Source of the DNA: Cyanophora paradoxa CCMP329
Taxonomy: Eukaryota > Plantae > Glaucophyta
Length of the DNA: 64,000 nt
Assembly: GCA_004431415.1 (NCBI GenBank)
Contig: QPMI01000143.1
Span: 62,001 to 126,000 of the forward strand
Direction of reading: 5' to 3'
The translations under genes and the position numbers were made by a program. This document shows, piece by piece, positions 48,196-60,505 of the stretch; the stretch's first letter is position 1; every line of letters begins with the position of its first letter. Under the pieces are notes generated by a model. The model searched no databases and was not told the origin of the DNA. It worked only from the letters and a program-made list of their open reading frames with translations.

Positions 48196-48629
48196 GCGCT
48201 CGCGTTGCCGAGAAGCGCTCTCTCGGCCGTTCCGCGAGCCCTTCTATCGCGCTACGCTTTTGGTATGGGGGAATGCTTGCGGTGGGGGTACAGGGGCGCT
48301 GGAGACTCTGACCTGACTCGGCTCTCGGTCCCGCGCTCAAGCTCTGGGCCGAAGTCACAGCGTTGTAAACACCCGCTTGCGGGGCCGGCGGGGTCGATCC
48401 TGCGAAGGAGGAGAGCACCGCAGCTGGTCGAGGTGAGCAGAGCACGCGCGAAGGCGCAGAGCGCGCGTTCGAGCGCTTCGCCGGTTCTTGTTGCTTGCTG
48501 ACGCTGCCGGGCACGGCAGCTCGGGTCGCGCGGGCTGCGGCGGCGAAAGTGAAGCTTCGCATGGCCCCTGGCGAGTGCTGAGCGGTCGACGACCTCGACG
48601 CTGCGCTTCCTCGTCGCACTCGGGCGACA

Positions 48630-51600
48630 ATGTGCGCATACGTCTCACCGCGCACCGCCTCCCGCCTCCCGCCTCGACGGATCGAGCTCAAGCGTTCGCC
48701 TCAGGTCGCGCAGCGCGCCCGTGCACGGCCTCGATCACCTGCACACCTTCGAGGATTTCAAGAGGTTCTTCCCCGAGCTCGGCGCGCCTCAGGTGCGATC
48801 CGCGAGGGCGCGTGTCCGCACGTTCGCCTGGCGCCGACGCGGCCGCGCGGCGCAGCACGGCCTCTCGTGCCTGGAGGACGTCGCGTGCCTGGAGCGGGAT
48901 GACTACAAGGAGCTCAAGATGCCGATGGGCATATTCCGCCGCCTCTGCCGCCGGGCGACGGAGCTCGTCGAGGCCCTAAACCGGTGCGCCCGCCCGCGCC
49001 GCGCCGCGCCGCGCCGGCCGCGCCGCTGCGGGCTCCCGGCGACGTGTGCGCACGCGTAGGCCCGAGGCGGTCGTAGTCGACGATGCGGAGCCGCCTCCGG
49101 CGACCGCGCCCTCCGGATCGGCGACGCCGGCGCCCTCGCCGGCGCCGGCGCCGGCGGCCCCCTGGCACCTCATCGGCGGCGACGCCGGCGCGGGGCGGCG
49201 CGGGAGAGCGACGGCGAGGCGCGCGCGGCGACGCCGCTGCCGGCGCCGGCGCCGGCGGCGCGGCTCGCGCTGGGCGAGTGGCACCCGACGGAGGTCGAGG
49301 TGGCCGAGGCACAGGACGAGGGCGAGGCGGCGGCGCCGGAGGCGGCGGATGCGGCGGCGGCGGCGCCCGCGGAGCTACAGCGCGCCCCTGACAACGGGGA
49401 CGCCGAGATGGCCGGTGTGCCTGCCGCCGCCCTCCCGCCTCCGCCTGCCCGCCTGAGCGCCCGTGCAGAGGCGCCGCCGGTGCCGGAGGAGAAGCCGCGG
49501 CGCCTGGTCGTGCCCCTGGGGCCGTTCCGGCCGGACGCGCCGGCGAGCCGGCGCGGGTCTCGGGCGGCGGGCGGCGGCGCGGGGGCGCCCTCGGCCTCCC
49601 CCTCTGCCTCCTCCTCGAGGCGCACGCGCGCCACGCCGAGGTCCTCGAGCGGGCCGCCCTGAAGCGCGCCGCGGGGGCGGCCGGCGAGGAGGAGGAGGCG
49701 GAGGCCGAAATCCCGGAGAGCCTCTGCACGGATATGAGCGAGGAAGATGAGGAGGAGGACGAGGAGGAAGAGGAGGCGGCGGCGGGGGCCGCGCGGGCGC
49801 CCTCGGAGGAGGCGGAGGAGTCGGACGCGGTGGACACCGAGTCGGTCGGGGGCGACGCGGAGGCGCCGGAGGCGGCGGTGGCGGAGGAGGAGGAGGAGGA
49901 GGAGGCTTTGGAGAGGCGGGAGGCGGGGGAGCCCGAGGAGGCGAGGAGACGGCGCGACGAGGCGGCGGCGGCGAGGCGGGCGGCGCTGGAGGCGAAGTGG
50001 GAGGCCCGGGCCGACCGCGGCGCGCGGGGCGTCCCCGGGGAAGGGTACGCGGAGCTTCGGGAGCGGCTCGCGGGGCGCCGGCCGAGGCTCGTCGAGTGGC
50101 TCTCCCGCATCGAAGGGGCCCCGAGGCGGCGCCGGCGCCCGAGGCCGGGCCCTCCTCCTCCTCCGCCGCCGCCGCCCGCCCCTCAGCAGCCGGCCCCTCC
50201 CTGGGCGGCTCGTTCGGTGCGGGGCGCCGCGCGGGCATCCTCTTGCTCGCTCGCCTCGCTGACGGGCGGGCGGCCGGGGCGGGGGTGCAGGGGAGCCGCC
50301 GGCGTGGTGGGCGGAGGAGCTGGCGCGCATGCAGGCGGCCTGGGAGGCGGCGCGGCGGCCCGCCCTGGAGCGGGCCCAGCGCTCCTTCTGGTGCTCGCCA
50401 CCGCCCCCGCCGCTTCCGCCCACGCTCACGCGGGGGTACAGGCGGCGGTACCGGGGGTACGACGTGCGTGTCTGGAAGGTGCACGAGCTCCGGCGGCAGG
50501 CGGAGGGCCTCTCCAAGCGCCTCGCCGAGCTCGCGGGGTGCGCCCTCCCTTCCCCTCAGCTCTTTGCTTTCCCGGCTCCGCCCCGCCTCTAAATTTAGCT
50601 TCTGCAGGGAGATGCCGCGGCTCGAGAGGCACCGGAAGGCCGCGCGGGCCGCCGAGGAGACCTTCTTCGCCCTGCGCGACGCCGAGTTCAGGTGAGCCCG
50701 ATCTGCTCTGATCTGAGCTCGGATTGCGGGTCGGGTCGGATCGGATCGGATCTGATCTGAGCCGGCGCCGCGCCAGGATCGGGCTCCTGCAGAGGGCGGA
50801 GGAGCCCGAGGCGGGGGACGAGCGCGGCTCCTCCGGCGAGGAGGGGGGGGAGGAGGCGGGGGGGTACGGGGGGCGGGAGGAGTTTCCCCCGGAAGGGCCG
50901 CCCAGCCCCGACGTCGGTGCGATCCCGTACCCCCGCCCCCGACCGATCCGGTCCCTCCCGACCCGCGCGCCCCGCCCCGGCAGACGCGCCTCAAGAAGAA
51001 GAGGAGGGGGCCGCGCCCATGGCCGTGGACTGGGCGCGAGACGACGACGAAGAAGACATGGCGGAAGCGGCGAACGAAGAGGAAGAAGTAGTGGAGGGCT
51101 CGTCGTACGGGGGCAGCTTCATCGACGACGGGGAGGCGGGGGAGTACGAGGCGGACGACGCGGCGTTCCTCGCGTTCCTCAGGGGCAGGCTGGGCCCCTG
51201 GCCTACGAGGGGAGGGGCGGGGCGTCCCGGCGGCGCCGCGCCTCCCGCCGGAGGCCTTCGAGCGGACGGAGGGCGCTCGGCGCTCCAGGAGGAGGCGCGC
51301 GGCGGCGGCGGCGGCGGCGGCGGCGGCAGCCGGCGAGGCAGACGGCGGCGGCGACGTCGCGGGCGATGAGGAGGCGCCGGAGGCCCCCGCCGCCGCTCCG
51401 GAGCCGGAGCCGGAGCCAGAGCCTGTGGCGCCGGAGGAGGGGGAGGGGGAGGAGGAGAAGCCTCCGGTCCCGCCGGCGCCGCCGGCGGCTCCTGCGCCGC
51501 CGGCCGCCCCGCGGGCGTCGAGCCCGCCGGAGGTCATCGACCTGGTGAGCGAGGACGAGGAGGAGGAGGGCGGGGGCCCGGCGCCCCGCGGCCCGCCCCC

Positions 51601-51698
51601 GCCGAGGCCCCGGGCCCCCGCCGCCCCCGCGCCGCCGCGCGCCCCGCGGCCCCGCGCCGCGAGCCCGAGCCGCCCGTCGACCTGGACGAGGACGCCGA

Positions 51699-51745
<47 letters not shown>

Positions 51746-54700
51746 AGCCGCAGCCCAGCGACCGCGCCAAGTGCGCTCGCCCGCGCCTTCGCTTCCCCTG
51801 CTTCTTCTTCCTCTGCTCACGGCCTCCGGATGCGCAGGAAGGCGCGGGAGGCGGCGCGGCGGCAGAACGCGCTGGCCGAGGCCGCCATGCAGCGCGCCCT
51901 CTCCGCCAGCCAGGACCAGGAGGGGGCGAGGCGGCGGCGGCGCCGGCCCCCGCTCCGGCCCCGCGCGGCGCGGCGAAGGGCGGGCAGGGGCCGCGGGCGG
52001 GCGGGGCCGCGCCCACACCCAAGCGCGCGGCGTCCCTCGAGCGGGCCGCGTCGCTTCAGCTGCAGCGGGCGGCGAGCGGGGCGAGCGGGGCGGGCACCAT
52101 CATCGGCGGCAAGCAGGACGACGCCGGGAGCACCGAGCCGGACACTCTGGACCCGCACTTCGCCATCCTAAAGGTCCCTTTCCTTCCGCGTTCAAGATTG
52201 AGCTGTTCTAACCCTGGGCGGCAGGACTACCAGGTGGAGGGCGTCAAGTTCCTCTGGCGGCGCACGATCAACGGCCCGGAGAGCGCGGAGTACCAGCGGC
52301 GGAAGCGGGAGGAGGCGCGGCGCGGGAGGCGCAAGCGGCGGCGCGCCGGCGAGGAGGACGAGGACGAGGACGAGGACGAGGAACTCGGGGGCGGGGCCCT
52401 CCTGGCGCGTCGCTTGCTTGCTTCCCTCCCGAAAGCCTCGCTTCGCGGCTAACCGACCGGGTCGGCCCGCCCGCCCGCCCGCCCGCAGGCGCACTCGATG
52501 GGCCTGGGCAAGACGGTGACGTCCATCGCGTTCGTGCACGCGCTGCGGCGGAACCGCTGCCGCCACCGCGACCTCCGCCGCCTGCTCATCGTCACCCCCT
52601 CGGTCCGCCCTCGCCCTCGGTCGGTGATCCATCCGTCTATCGTAATCTGACATCTTCGCCCGCCCCGCCAGAACGTGCTGATGAACTGGAAGAAGGAGTT
52701 CGAGGCGTACCTCCCGAAGCACCGGCGGGACAGCGACGTCCGCGTCTTCGTCGCCGCCTCCGACGCCCGCGCCGACCAGTCCGTCGCCGCCTGGTTCCAT
52801 ATGGGCGCCCCGGCGGCCGAGGGCGGCGACCCAAATGGGCCCGTCTCGGGTCCGTCTCCTCTGCGGTGCTCGTGTGAGGCTCTGCGGCTCACGTGAGGCC
52901 CTGCGGCGGCGCAGTGCTGCTCATCTCGTACGACAAGTTCAAGAACTACGTACTCCCCCAGTCCCGCTCCGGCCGCCCGCCCCGCAAGAGCGCCACGCCG
53001 GCGCCGGAGGGCGGCAGCAGCCCGTCGAAGCCGGAGGAGGGGGCGCCGGCGCCCCCCGGCCAGACGCAGACGCAGCCGGCGGAAACGGCGACGCCAGCGA
53101 AGGGCAAGGCCCCGGAATCAAACCCGAGGCCACCCCAGTCGCCGCTCCCGACGCCGCCGCCGCCCACGCAGGCGCCGCCCCTCCGCCCGCCCGCGCACCC
53201 CGCCGCTGACCGAGGGGCCGCAGGCGGCGGCCGGGCCCGAGGCCGGCCCCAGCACGGGACCCAAGGCGCGCCGCGCCTCCGCGCGCACGAGCGAGCCGTG
53301 CGAGGCTGCCCCGTCCCGCCCCGCCCCACCCCGCCCCGCACTCCCCCTCCTCTGAAAGCAAGGGCAGGCCGGGCCCGCCCGGGGAGGCGGCGGGGCGGCT
53401 GCTGCTGGCGGACCTCGTCATCTGCGACGAGGCGCACGTGCTCCGGAACCCGGAGGGCGCCCGCAAGCGCGCCCTCGACAAGATCCATACCCAACGCCGG
53501 GTCCGCTCCCTTGTTCCCGCCCCTTGGCCTGCGGCTGACGTCGACGCCGCCGGCGCAGATCGCCCTCACGGGGTACCCCCTCCAGAACAACCTGGGGGAG
53601 TACTGGTCGATGATCGACTTCATCTCCCCCGCGCTGCTGGACGACGCCGACACCTTCCACGACACGTTCACGTACCCCATCAAGCGCGGCATGGCGCCCG
53701 ACGGCACCGAGGAGGAGCGCAGCGACGCGCGCAAGAAAGTCTTTCTCCTCCAGCAGGTACCCTCCGCCTGTCCCGTACCTGTACCCCCCGGAACGACGGT
53801 ACCCCCGCGCGCCGCAGGAGCTCGACCCGATGATGCAGCGGAAGGACGCCGAGGCCCTTCGCTCGCAGCTGCCCCGCAAGGCGCGCCCGCGCCCCGTACC
53901 CCCCCCCCTCCCGTCTCTTCTCTGAGCTGTACCCCCGGGCGCAGCACGAGGTGGTGCTCAAGTGCCGCCTCTCGGCGCTGCAGGAGCGGCTGTACCGAGG
54001 CCTGTGCGCGTGGGTCGCCACGGGCTCCGGGGCCGCCGAGCTCGCCGCCGCCTCCGCCGCTGTCCGGGGCGAGGGCGAGGGCGAGGAGGAGGAGGAGGAG
54101 GGCGAGGAGGCGGCAGCGGGGCCATCCGCCGCGGGGCCGTCCGCCCCCGTCCGGGGCGCCGGCGCCTCCTCGAAGCCGGGGGCCAAGAAGAAGCGCGCCA
54201 AGACCAACCTCGTCGTACTGCAGAAGCGCTGCGTGAGCCTCTGGAACCGTGCGGCCGTCCTTCCCTCGCTCTCTCTCTCTCTTCCTCTCTCGTCTCTTCT
54301 CTGATGGTGTGTGCGCCCCCCGCAGACCCGGACGCGCTGTTCGACCAGCTGGACGTGGCCGGGCGGCGCTGGAAGCCGACGGCCGCCGCGGCACGGGCGT
54401 GCAAGGCGCAGGGCGAGCCGGCGCCGCCCCCGAGCGGGGACCCCCGCTGGGCCCTCGACGCCTTCGGCGACTCGCACGCGCGGCGCGCGCTGGAGCACGG
54501 CAGCAAGCTGCGGGCGCGCGCCCCTCTCTCCTCTCCCCTCTCTCTCGCCTCCCTCTGAGGGGCGCCGCAGGTCCTCATCGAGCTCGTCCACGCGTGCGTC
54601 TGCGAGGAGAAGGAGAAGATGCTGGTCCGCCCGCCCGGAGCTAGCTCGGACCCCAAAGTTCAGCTGAGCTGCCTTCGGGCAGGTCTTCGCGTACTCGCCG

Positions 54701-56460
54701 GGGACCCTGCAGCTGCTGGTGGAGCTCATGCGCGCCTGGCGGCCGGCGGCGCAGGAGCCGGGGGCCCGCCCCTGGCCCGCCGCTTGGGTCGAGGGCGAGG
54801 ACTTTCTCCGGTGCCTGCCCCCGCCCCCGGCCCCCGTCCCCGCCTCGCAGCCGCCCCGCTCATGCTTGACACGACGCTGCGCGGGCGGGCAGGATCGACG
54901 GGGAGACGCGGGCGCGGGTGCGGCAGGAGCGCTGCGTGCAGTTCAACAAGCCCGGCGGCCCCGCCCTCATGCTGGTCCCCGCCCTCCCGAGCCTGGCTTG
55001 CAGTAGTGCCCCTCGAGCGCCCCCGCAGGTGTCGGTGCTGGCGGGGTGCGAGGGGGTGAACCTGCACGCCGCCTCCCGCGTCGCTCTCCTCGACTTCGGG
55101 TGGAACCCGAGCCACGACCAGCAGGCCCGCCCCCGCCCCCGGCCCCGCCCCGCCCACCGTTTAGATCTTGGATGCCAGCCTTCCTTGCCCCGTCTCCTGT
55201 CGCGAAGTTGTACCTCCCCGCGCTTTTCGATGCGCCGCCGCCCATTCCACTGTTCCTCACCTTCCTTCTCACCCCCATCTGCAGGCGATCCACCGGGCGT
55301 ACCGGCTGGGGCAGGGGCGGCCCGTCTTCGTGTACCGCCTCGTGGCGGGGGGCACCCTCGAGGAGCACCTCCAGGAGCAGCAGGTCCGCCGGGCCATCGC
55401 GGGGCGCTCTAGATCTAGATCTAGTGTCCAGCGCGTCTAGAGCGCTCGCTTGCTTGCCCGCTCTCTGATCCGGGGCGGCGGTGGGGGCGGTGCCAGGTGC
55501 ACAAGCAGGCGCTCTTCGAGCGGCTCGTGGACCGGCAGACGACCCGCGCCCGCGGCGGGGGCGACTCGGCGGGGGGCGGGCCCCGCGCCGCCGCCGCCGC
55601 TGGCGCCGCCAAGTGGGACTACCGGTCCGCCGCTTTCTTCTTTCGTTTAAACAAGTCCGTCTGACGGCGGGGCACGGCCGCGGGCAGGCCCCCGCCCCCG
55701 CCGGCGTCAGAGACGGGGGAGCTCGAGGGGGGGGAGGAGGAGGGCGCCCGGGCCCTCCTCGAAGCCGACCCCGCCCTCGCCCGCGCCACCCGCCGCACCG
55801 CGCCCCTCGTCGTGCGCCCCGCGGCCCCGCCCCGCTCGCTCCCCTCCGCCCATTCTCACGCGAAGGCGCGGGGCTCGCAGTACGAGGCGAAGGCGTGGGA
55901 CTCGTTCATGTGCAAGGACGTCACGCTCAACGAGCGGGAGCAGGCCGAGGCCCTCGCCCAGTGCGCCCCGCCGTACCCCCCGCCGTGCCCCTCCGAGCTG
56001 AAGCTTGTGTACCCCCAGAAAGGAGAAGTACGACTTGGAGGCGAAGGCGCGGCGGCGGAAGAGCGAGCGCACCCGGCGCCGCCGCGTGGTCCGCGACGAG
56101 GAGGACGAGGGCGAGGAGGGGGAGGGGGAGAGGGCCGGCGAGGGGGAGGGGGAGGGGGAAGGGGAGAGGCCCGCCACCCGCCCCCGGCCCGAGCCCGCCC
56201 CGGCCCCCGCCGAAGCGGGCGCCTCGCCCTTTTGGAAGCTTTTTGCCCCGTCCCCTCGAGCTCCCGCGCCGACCCCGCCGCCCCCGCCCCGGTTCCCGCC
56301 CCCGACCCCGCCTCCGCCCCCGCCTCCGGCCGAGCCGGCGGCGTCGGGTACCCTCGAGGGGGGGGAGGAGATGGACGTGGACGCGGAGATTGCGCGGGGG
56401 TACGGGCTCGACGACGACGAGTACCCCGACATCGTGCGCGTCGGCGACCCGGATCGCTAA
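48630..56460 (+). CDS. Gene B: SNF2-family helicase, RAD54L2(ARIP4)/ATRX-like, with N-terminal SAM-like domain (intact copy)
   Basis: LK/DYQVEGVKFLW (Q), GGALL/AHSMGLGKT (I), IVTPS/NVLMNWKKEF (Ia), ICDEAHVLRN (II), ALTGYPLQNNLGEYWSMIDF (III), WNHPD, EKML/VF, FLR/IDG, AGCEGVNL (V), WNPSHDQQ/AIHRAYRLGQ (VI); N-terminal LEDVACLERDDYKELKMPMGIFRRL is SAM-like; stop TAA 56458-56460. Confidence 0.9.
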
Positions 56461-56513
56461 GCCTGCGCTCAATGTTGGCATCGTCTGTGTTTGAAAATCG
56501 GATTCGGAAGTCA

Positions 56514-56770
56514 ATCACTCTGCCCGAAGCGAAGCGATCACTAGAGCTAGAGGGCCCCCCACAGGGCCCGGCGGCCCGGCCTAACGTGAACTGGCTTAAG
56601 ATCAGAGGGCGCCCCATACGGCCCGACGCCGGCCTAACTGGCACATGATCATGATTCTGAATCACCGTACGCGTGACGGATGCATGATCACTCTGCGCGA
56701 AGCGAAGCGATCACGAGAGGGCCCCCCATAGGGCCCTGCTGGCTCATGATTCTTTATCGCCGTGACGGAT
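56514..56770. repeat. Degenerate direct duplication (period about 173 bp) downstream of gene B
   Basis: atcactctgc(c/g)cgaagcgaagcgatcac...gagggcccccca(c/t)agggccc...catgattct...cgtgacggat at 56514 and 56687. Confidence 0.75.
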
Positions 56771-57516
56771 ATTGATGATCATCATGACTCAGTGAGCCAT
56801 CAGTCGTAACTATAACTTGTAATTTGGAAGCTGATCATGATATTTGATCGGTGATAATGGGATCATGGGATGTGACTCAAGGAGACGTTGGCTAAACCCG
56901 TCTGTTTGAATTGATAAAATTGTTTGCTCATATGCGTGAATAACATGCATACGTAGTTGTCCATGGCGCTGACACCGCGCGCAAAGCCTCGATCATGCAT
57001 GAATTCGAAGCCTTGTAATTCACCGATCAAAGCCCTGCATTGATTGATTCAAGACTAGTACTTGGCTATAGCTATGGCATGATGGTACCGCACGTTTAGT
57101 GACTTCAGCAGCATCGCCCCCCCGCCCCGGGACCCCCGAGGCTCAGGGCCTCCGATCCAAAAAGGACACGTATTACGTATGCACAAACTAGTTTATTCGA
57201 CATGCGGAAGCTACAAAACCGGCCGCCACCCCTGTACACATATGCACCCGCGGCCCGCGGTTTGGGCCGGGCCACGGACACTACCCACCCCCGAAACGAA
57301 AGGAATCGCGGCCTAGGCCTAGGCCTACGGCGGGCCTAAGCCCCAGCGGTCCGGCGCCCCGCATGCGGTGACTCGGCGGAGCGATCGCGAGCGAGGATCC
57401 GGCCGCGGCCGCGGTCCGCTGTCCCGGCGAAGCCGAGACCAGGCCCAGGGGCATAGGCGCCCATCCGGAAGTCCGGACCGGACCCGGCGCTCGCGCTCGC
57501 AGCCGCGCGCGGCGCG

Positions 57517-58908
57517 CTAAGCGGCGAAGGTCATCCCGCTCAGCTGAGCGAGGTCGGCGGCGTGCTGGGCGCAGCGCGCGATGGCGCCGGCGCCGGCGGC
57601 CGCCCCGTCACTCTGCGAGGGACGCCTGATCACGATCACGGATCCCGAAGGGAATCGAACGGAAGGCGGCCGGATTCGTAACAACAAGGAGACAACAAGC
57701 AAACGGGCGCGTACGATGAGATAGCGGAGAAAGCTCGCCTGGGCCTCGCGGTCGCCGGCCAGCTGCTGCCGCTTCTGCGCGAACGACGTCGCCGTCGCCC
57801 CGTTCCACACGGCGCGCATCAGCGGCTGGCAGAACTCCGGCCGCTCGCGATCCAGGCGGGCGGCTGCTGCCGCCGCGGCGCGAATGGGCGTCACTCGGCG
57901 ATCGCTTCGAGCGCGCGCGCGCGCGATCAAATCTCGCACCGGAGGGCGGGGGCCCCGGGGAGCGCGGGAGGACGCCGGCGCCGCCCGCGACGCCGTGGAC
58001 GGGTCGCGCGTGCGTGGCGCGCTTGGGGCCCTGCTGCACCAGGAACTTGGCCGGCAGGGCGCAGGCGGAGACCGCGTGCGGCCGCTTCTTCGGATTCGCC
58101 GCCGGCGCCGGCGCCGGCTGCCTCGCCTGGGCCTCCGCAGGCGCCTTGGAGGGTCCTGTCCGGCCGCGGGGCACTGAGCTCGAGTACGATCGCGCCGCGC
58201 AAGCGGAGTGGAGCGGGCGCACCGGCCTTGAGGCGTGAGGCGGCGCGCAGGAGCGCGGGGTCGATCTCCCGCCTCGTGCAGGAGAAGAGCACGGCGACGC
58301 CGCGGACGACTCCGGCCGTCGCCGCGATCGGGATCAGCAGCGCTGCCGCGCCCCGACGGCGCGTGAGCGAGCGAGCGGGACCGTGGCGAGACGCAGATCG
58401 AAAGCGACCGCGAGCGGGCGCACCGGACGCGAGGCCGGCATCCACGAGGAGCGACGTTCCGCCGACGCCGCCCAGATCCGCGAGCCAGAGCGGGTGACCC
58501 GTCTGGAACACACGGCGCACGAAGAGCGGCAGCCGATACGAGAACCTGAGCGAACCGGCGCTTACATGTCGAGGGAAGGACTGCGCGGCGCGCGTGCTCA
58601 CGCGCAGTGCTTCTCTGCGTTCTGGAGGCTGGAGATCTTCGAGAAGCCGGCGCCCGCCTTGAGCTGCTCGACGACGCCCGGCGCGATGAGCGACGGTCGG
58701 ATCGGGAGCCGAATTCAACGGGCTCACCGCGCCACCTGGCTCCGTCAGGTACCACGACTCTCCCAGGTCCCTGTTAAAGCGTCAGATCTAGATGGTACCG
58801 GTGCGACGCCCCGCGGCCGTTCGATGCGCGCGGAGCGCGAGCGCACCAGTCCAGGATCTCCAGACCGCGCATAAACTCGCTGACTTCATGATCGGTGCCC
58901 GTGGCCAT
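57517..58908 (-). CDS. Hypothetical protein, multi-exon
   Basis: MATGTDHEVSEFMRGLEILD/WDLGESWYLTEP... and C-terminal RPEFCQPLMRAVWNGATATSFAQKRQQL...FLRYLI/...LAQLSGMTFAA* flanked by plausible introns; no domain recognised. Confidence 0.5.
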
Positions 58909-59197
58909 GCCGCATACGCAGTGCGGCAGGCCGCTGCTCTCCGGGCCGATCAGGCTGTCGCGGGCGCGGGCTAGCTGCTGAAGAAACGATGCGAAGCAAG
59001 CAGCGAGCCGTGCTAAAACGATGGGCGACAGCTGAGCGAGCGCGGGCTTCCGCGCGGGTTGTCATTTTCTCCAAGCGCCGCCGATCAACCCGTTTTTTTC
59101 GCCGTGTTGCCATCTGGCCTAATCGTGCACCCGGCTGTGATTTCGAAGCGTTTGGCGGCGAAGGCAAGCGCGCGGCGCAGCGACCCGTCTTATGATC

Positions 59198-60349
59198 ATG
59201 GACCCGGCGGAAGCTAGTCCAGGCGAGCCGTTCATCCTGCGCGCCGCGGCAGCGGCAGCAGCAAAAACCGCAGAGCTGGCCAGGCCGATAGCGCAGTCGC
59301 GCAGCGCTAGTGAAGCCACGGTGCGATGCTCGAGAGCCCGCGAGTCTTCTTGGAGCGGCCCACGTCGGCCCGCGGGCTTCCGCTCCAAAGCTCGCCCGTG
59401 CCCAGAAAAGTATCCAACCGCATCCCGAGGCCGGCCAAGATGACACCCGCGGCCGTAGTTGCATCGCCCACAGCCCGCCGCGCAGCCGGCCCGCGGCCGC
59501 GACTCTGCCTCGGCCTGCAGCTCGACTCCGCGGCCGGCAGCTGCAGGTTCAAGCCGGCGCGTTCTTGCCGCGTCGCGCCGGGGGCGAACGAGTCCAGCGA
59601 CGAGGACGAGGAGGGCGGGGGCGAGGAGAGCGCTTCTTTCGATCCGGACGCCGACCCGAGGTCGCCACGGCCAGCGCCGCGCGAGCCGGCGCGCTCTCCC
59701 GCGGAGGCGGCCGCCGCCGGCGCCGCGTACGCTGCGCTTCGGCTCCCGCCGCGTCCGCGCGCCGCGCCGGAGCCCCCGCACTCCTGCCCTTCGGCGCCGA
59801 CGCCAGCTGCAGCTTCCGACCCCAGCCCGCCGGCGCCGGGGCCGGGGCCGGCGCCCGCACGCGACCGCGCCCCGAGCTTCGACGCCGAGGCGGTGGGGGA
59901 GCCCGCGGATCCCGAGCCATCGCCGTCCCTGCCAGCGCTGCAGCTTGCCGGGCGGCTGCACAAGCTCTCCGCCGGCTGCTGGCGCCCGTACCACGCCGCC
60001 GCCTCCGCCGACGCCCTGACGCTCCACTTCCGCCCGGGGGGCGCCCCCGTCGCCCTCTTCGACCTGGGCGAGGTGCGGCCTCGCATCTGCCCAGGCCTTC
60101 CTCCGCCGCCGCCGCGGCTGAGGCCGGCCGGCGCAGGTGCAGGAGGTGAGGGCCGTGCAGCTGGAGCCCGACGCCGCCGGCCCGGGCGCCCACGCCCTCC
60201 TCCTTCGCCTCCCTTGGACCGCCTGCCTCCTCGCCGCCCCCAGCGCCCCCGAGCGCGACCGCTGGCTCGCCTCCCTCTCCGCCCTCGTCCGCGCCCGCCA
60301 GACCGCCGCCCGCGCCCGCGCCCTCGCCAGCAGCGCCCCCATCGAGTAG
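59198..60349 (+). CDS. PH-domain protein
   Basis: C-terminus LAGRLHKLSAGCWRPYH...LFDLGE/VQEVRAV...HALLLRLP...LLAAPSAPERDRWLASL fits PH consensus (G.L.K...W ... A.S..E...W...L); start and first join uncertain. Confidence 0.7.
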
Positions 60350-60505
60350 CTATAGAGTGGGGCGATCCGGAGCAGAGCAGGCCCACTAGTGCTAGGCTAG
60401 ATAGGACCCCGCGGCCCCTCCGGGCCCAGGCAGTGCAGTCAGGAGGTGAACCAACGCGTGCGCTTGTACAGAGCCCTACATTACGAAAGCGCGGCTAGCT
60501 GCAGG

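Noticed and set aside
43704-52619. Frameshifts suggesting pseudogenisation or programmed frameshifting (also in MFS, RING, F-box and LysM genes)
   Set aside because: Near-identical copies 2 and 3 differ by 1-nt indels in G/C homopolymers at different places, the signature of long-read consensus error.
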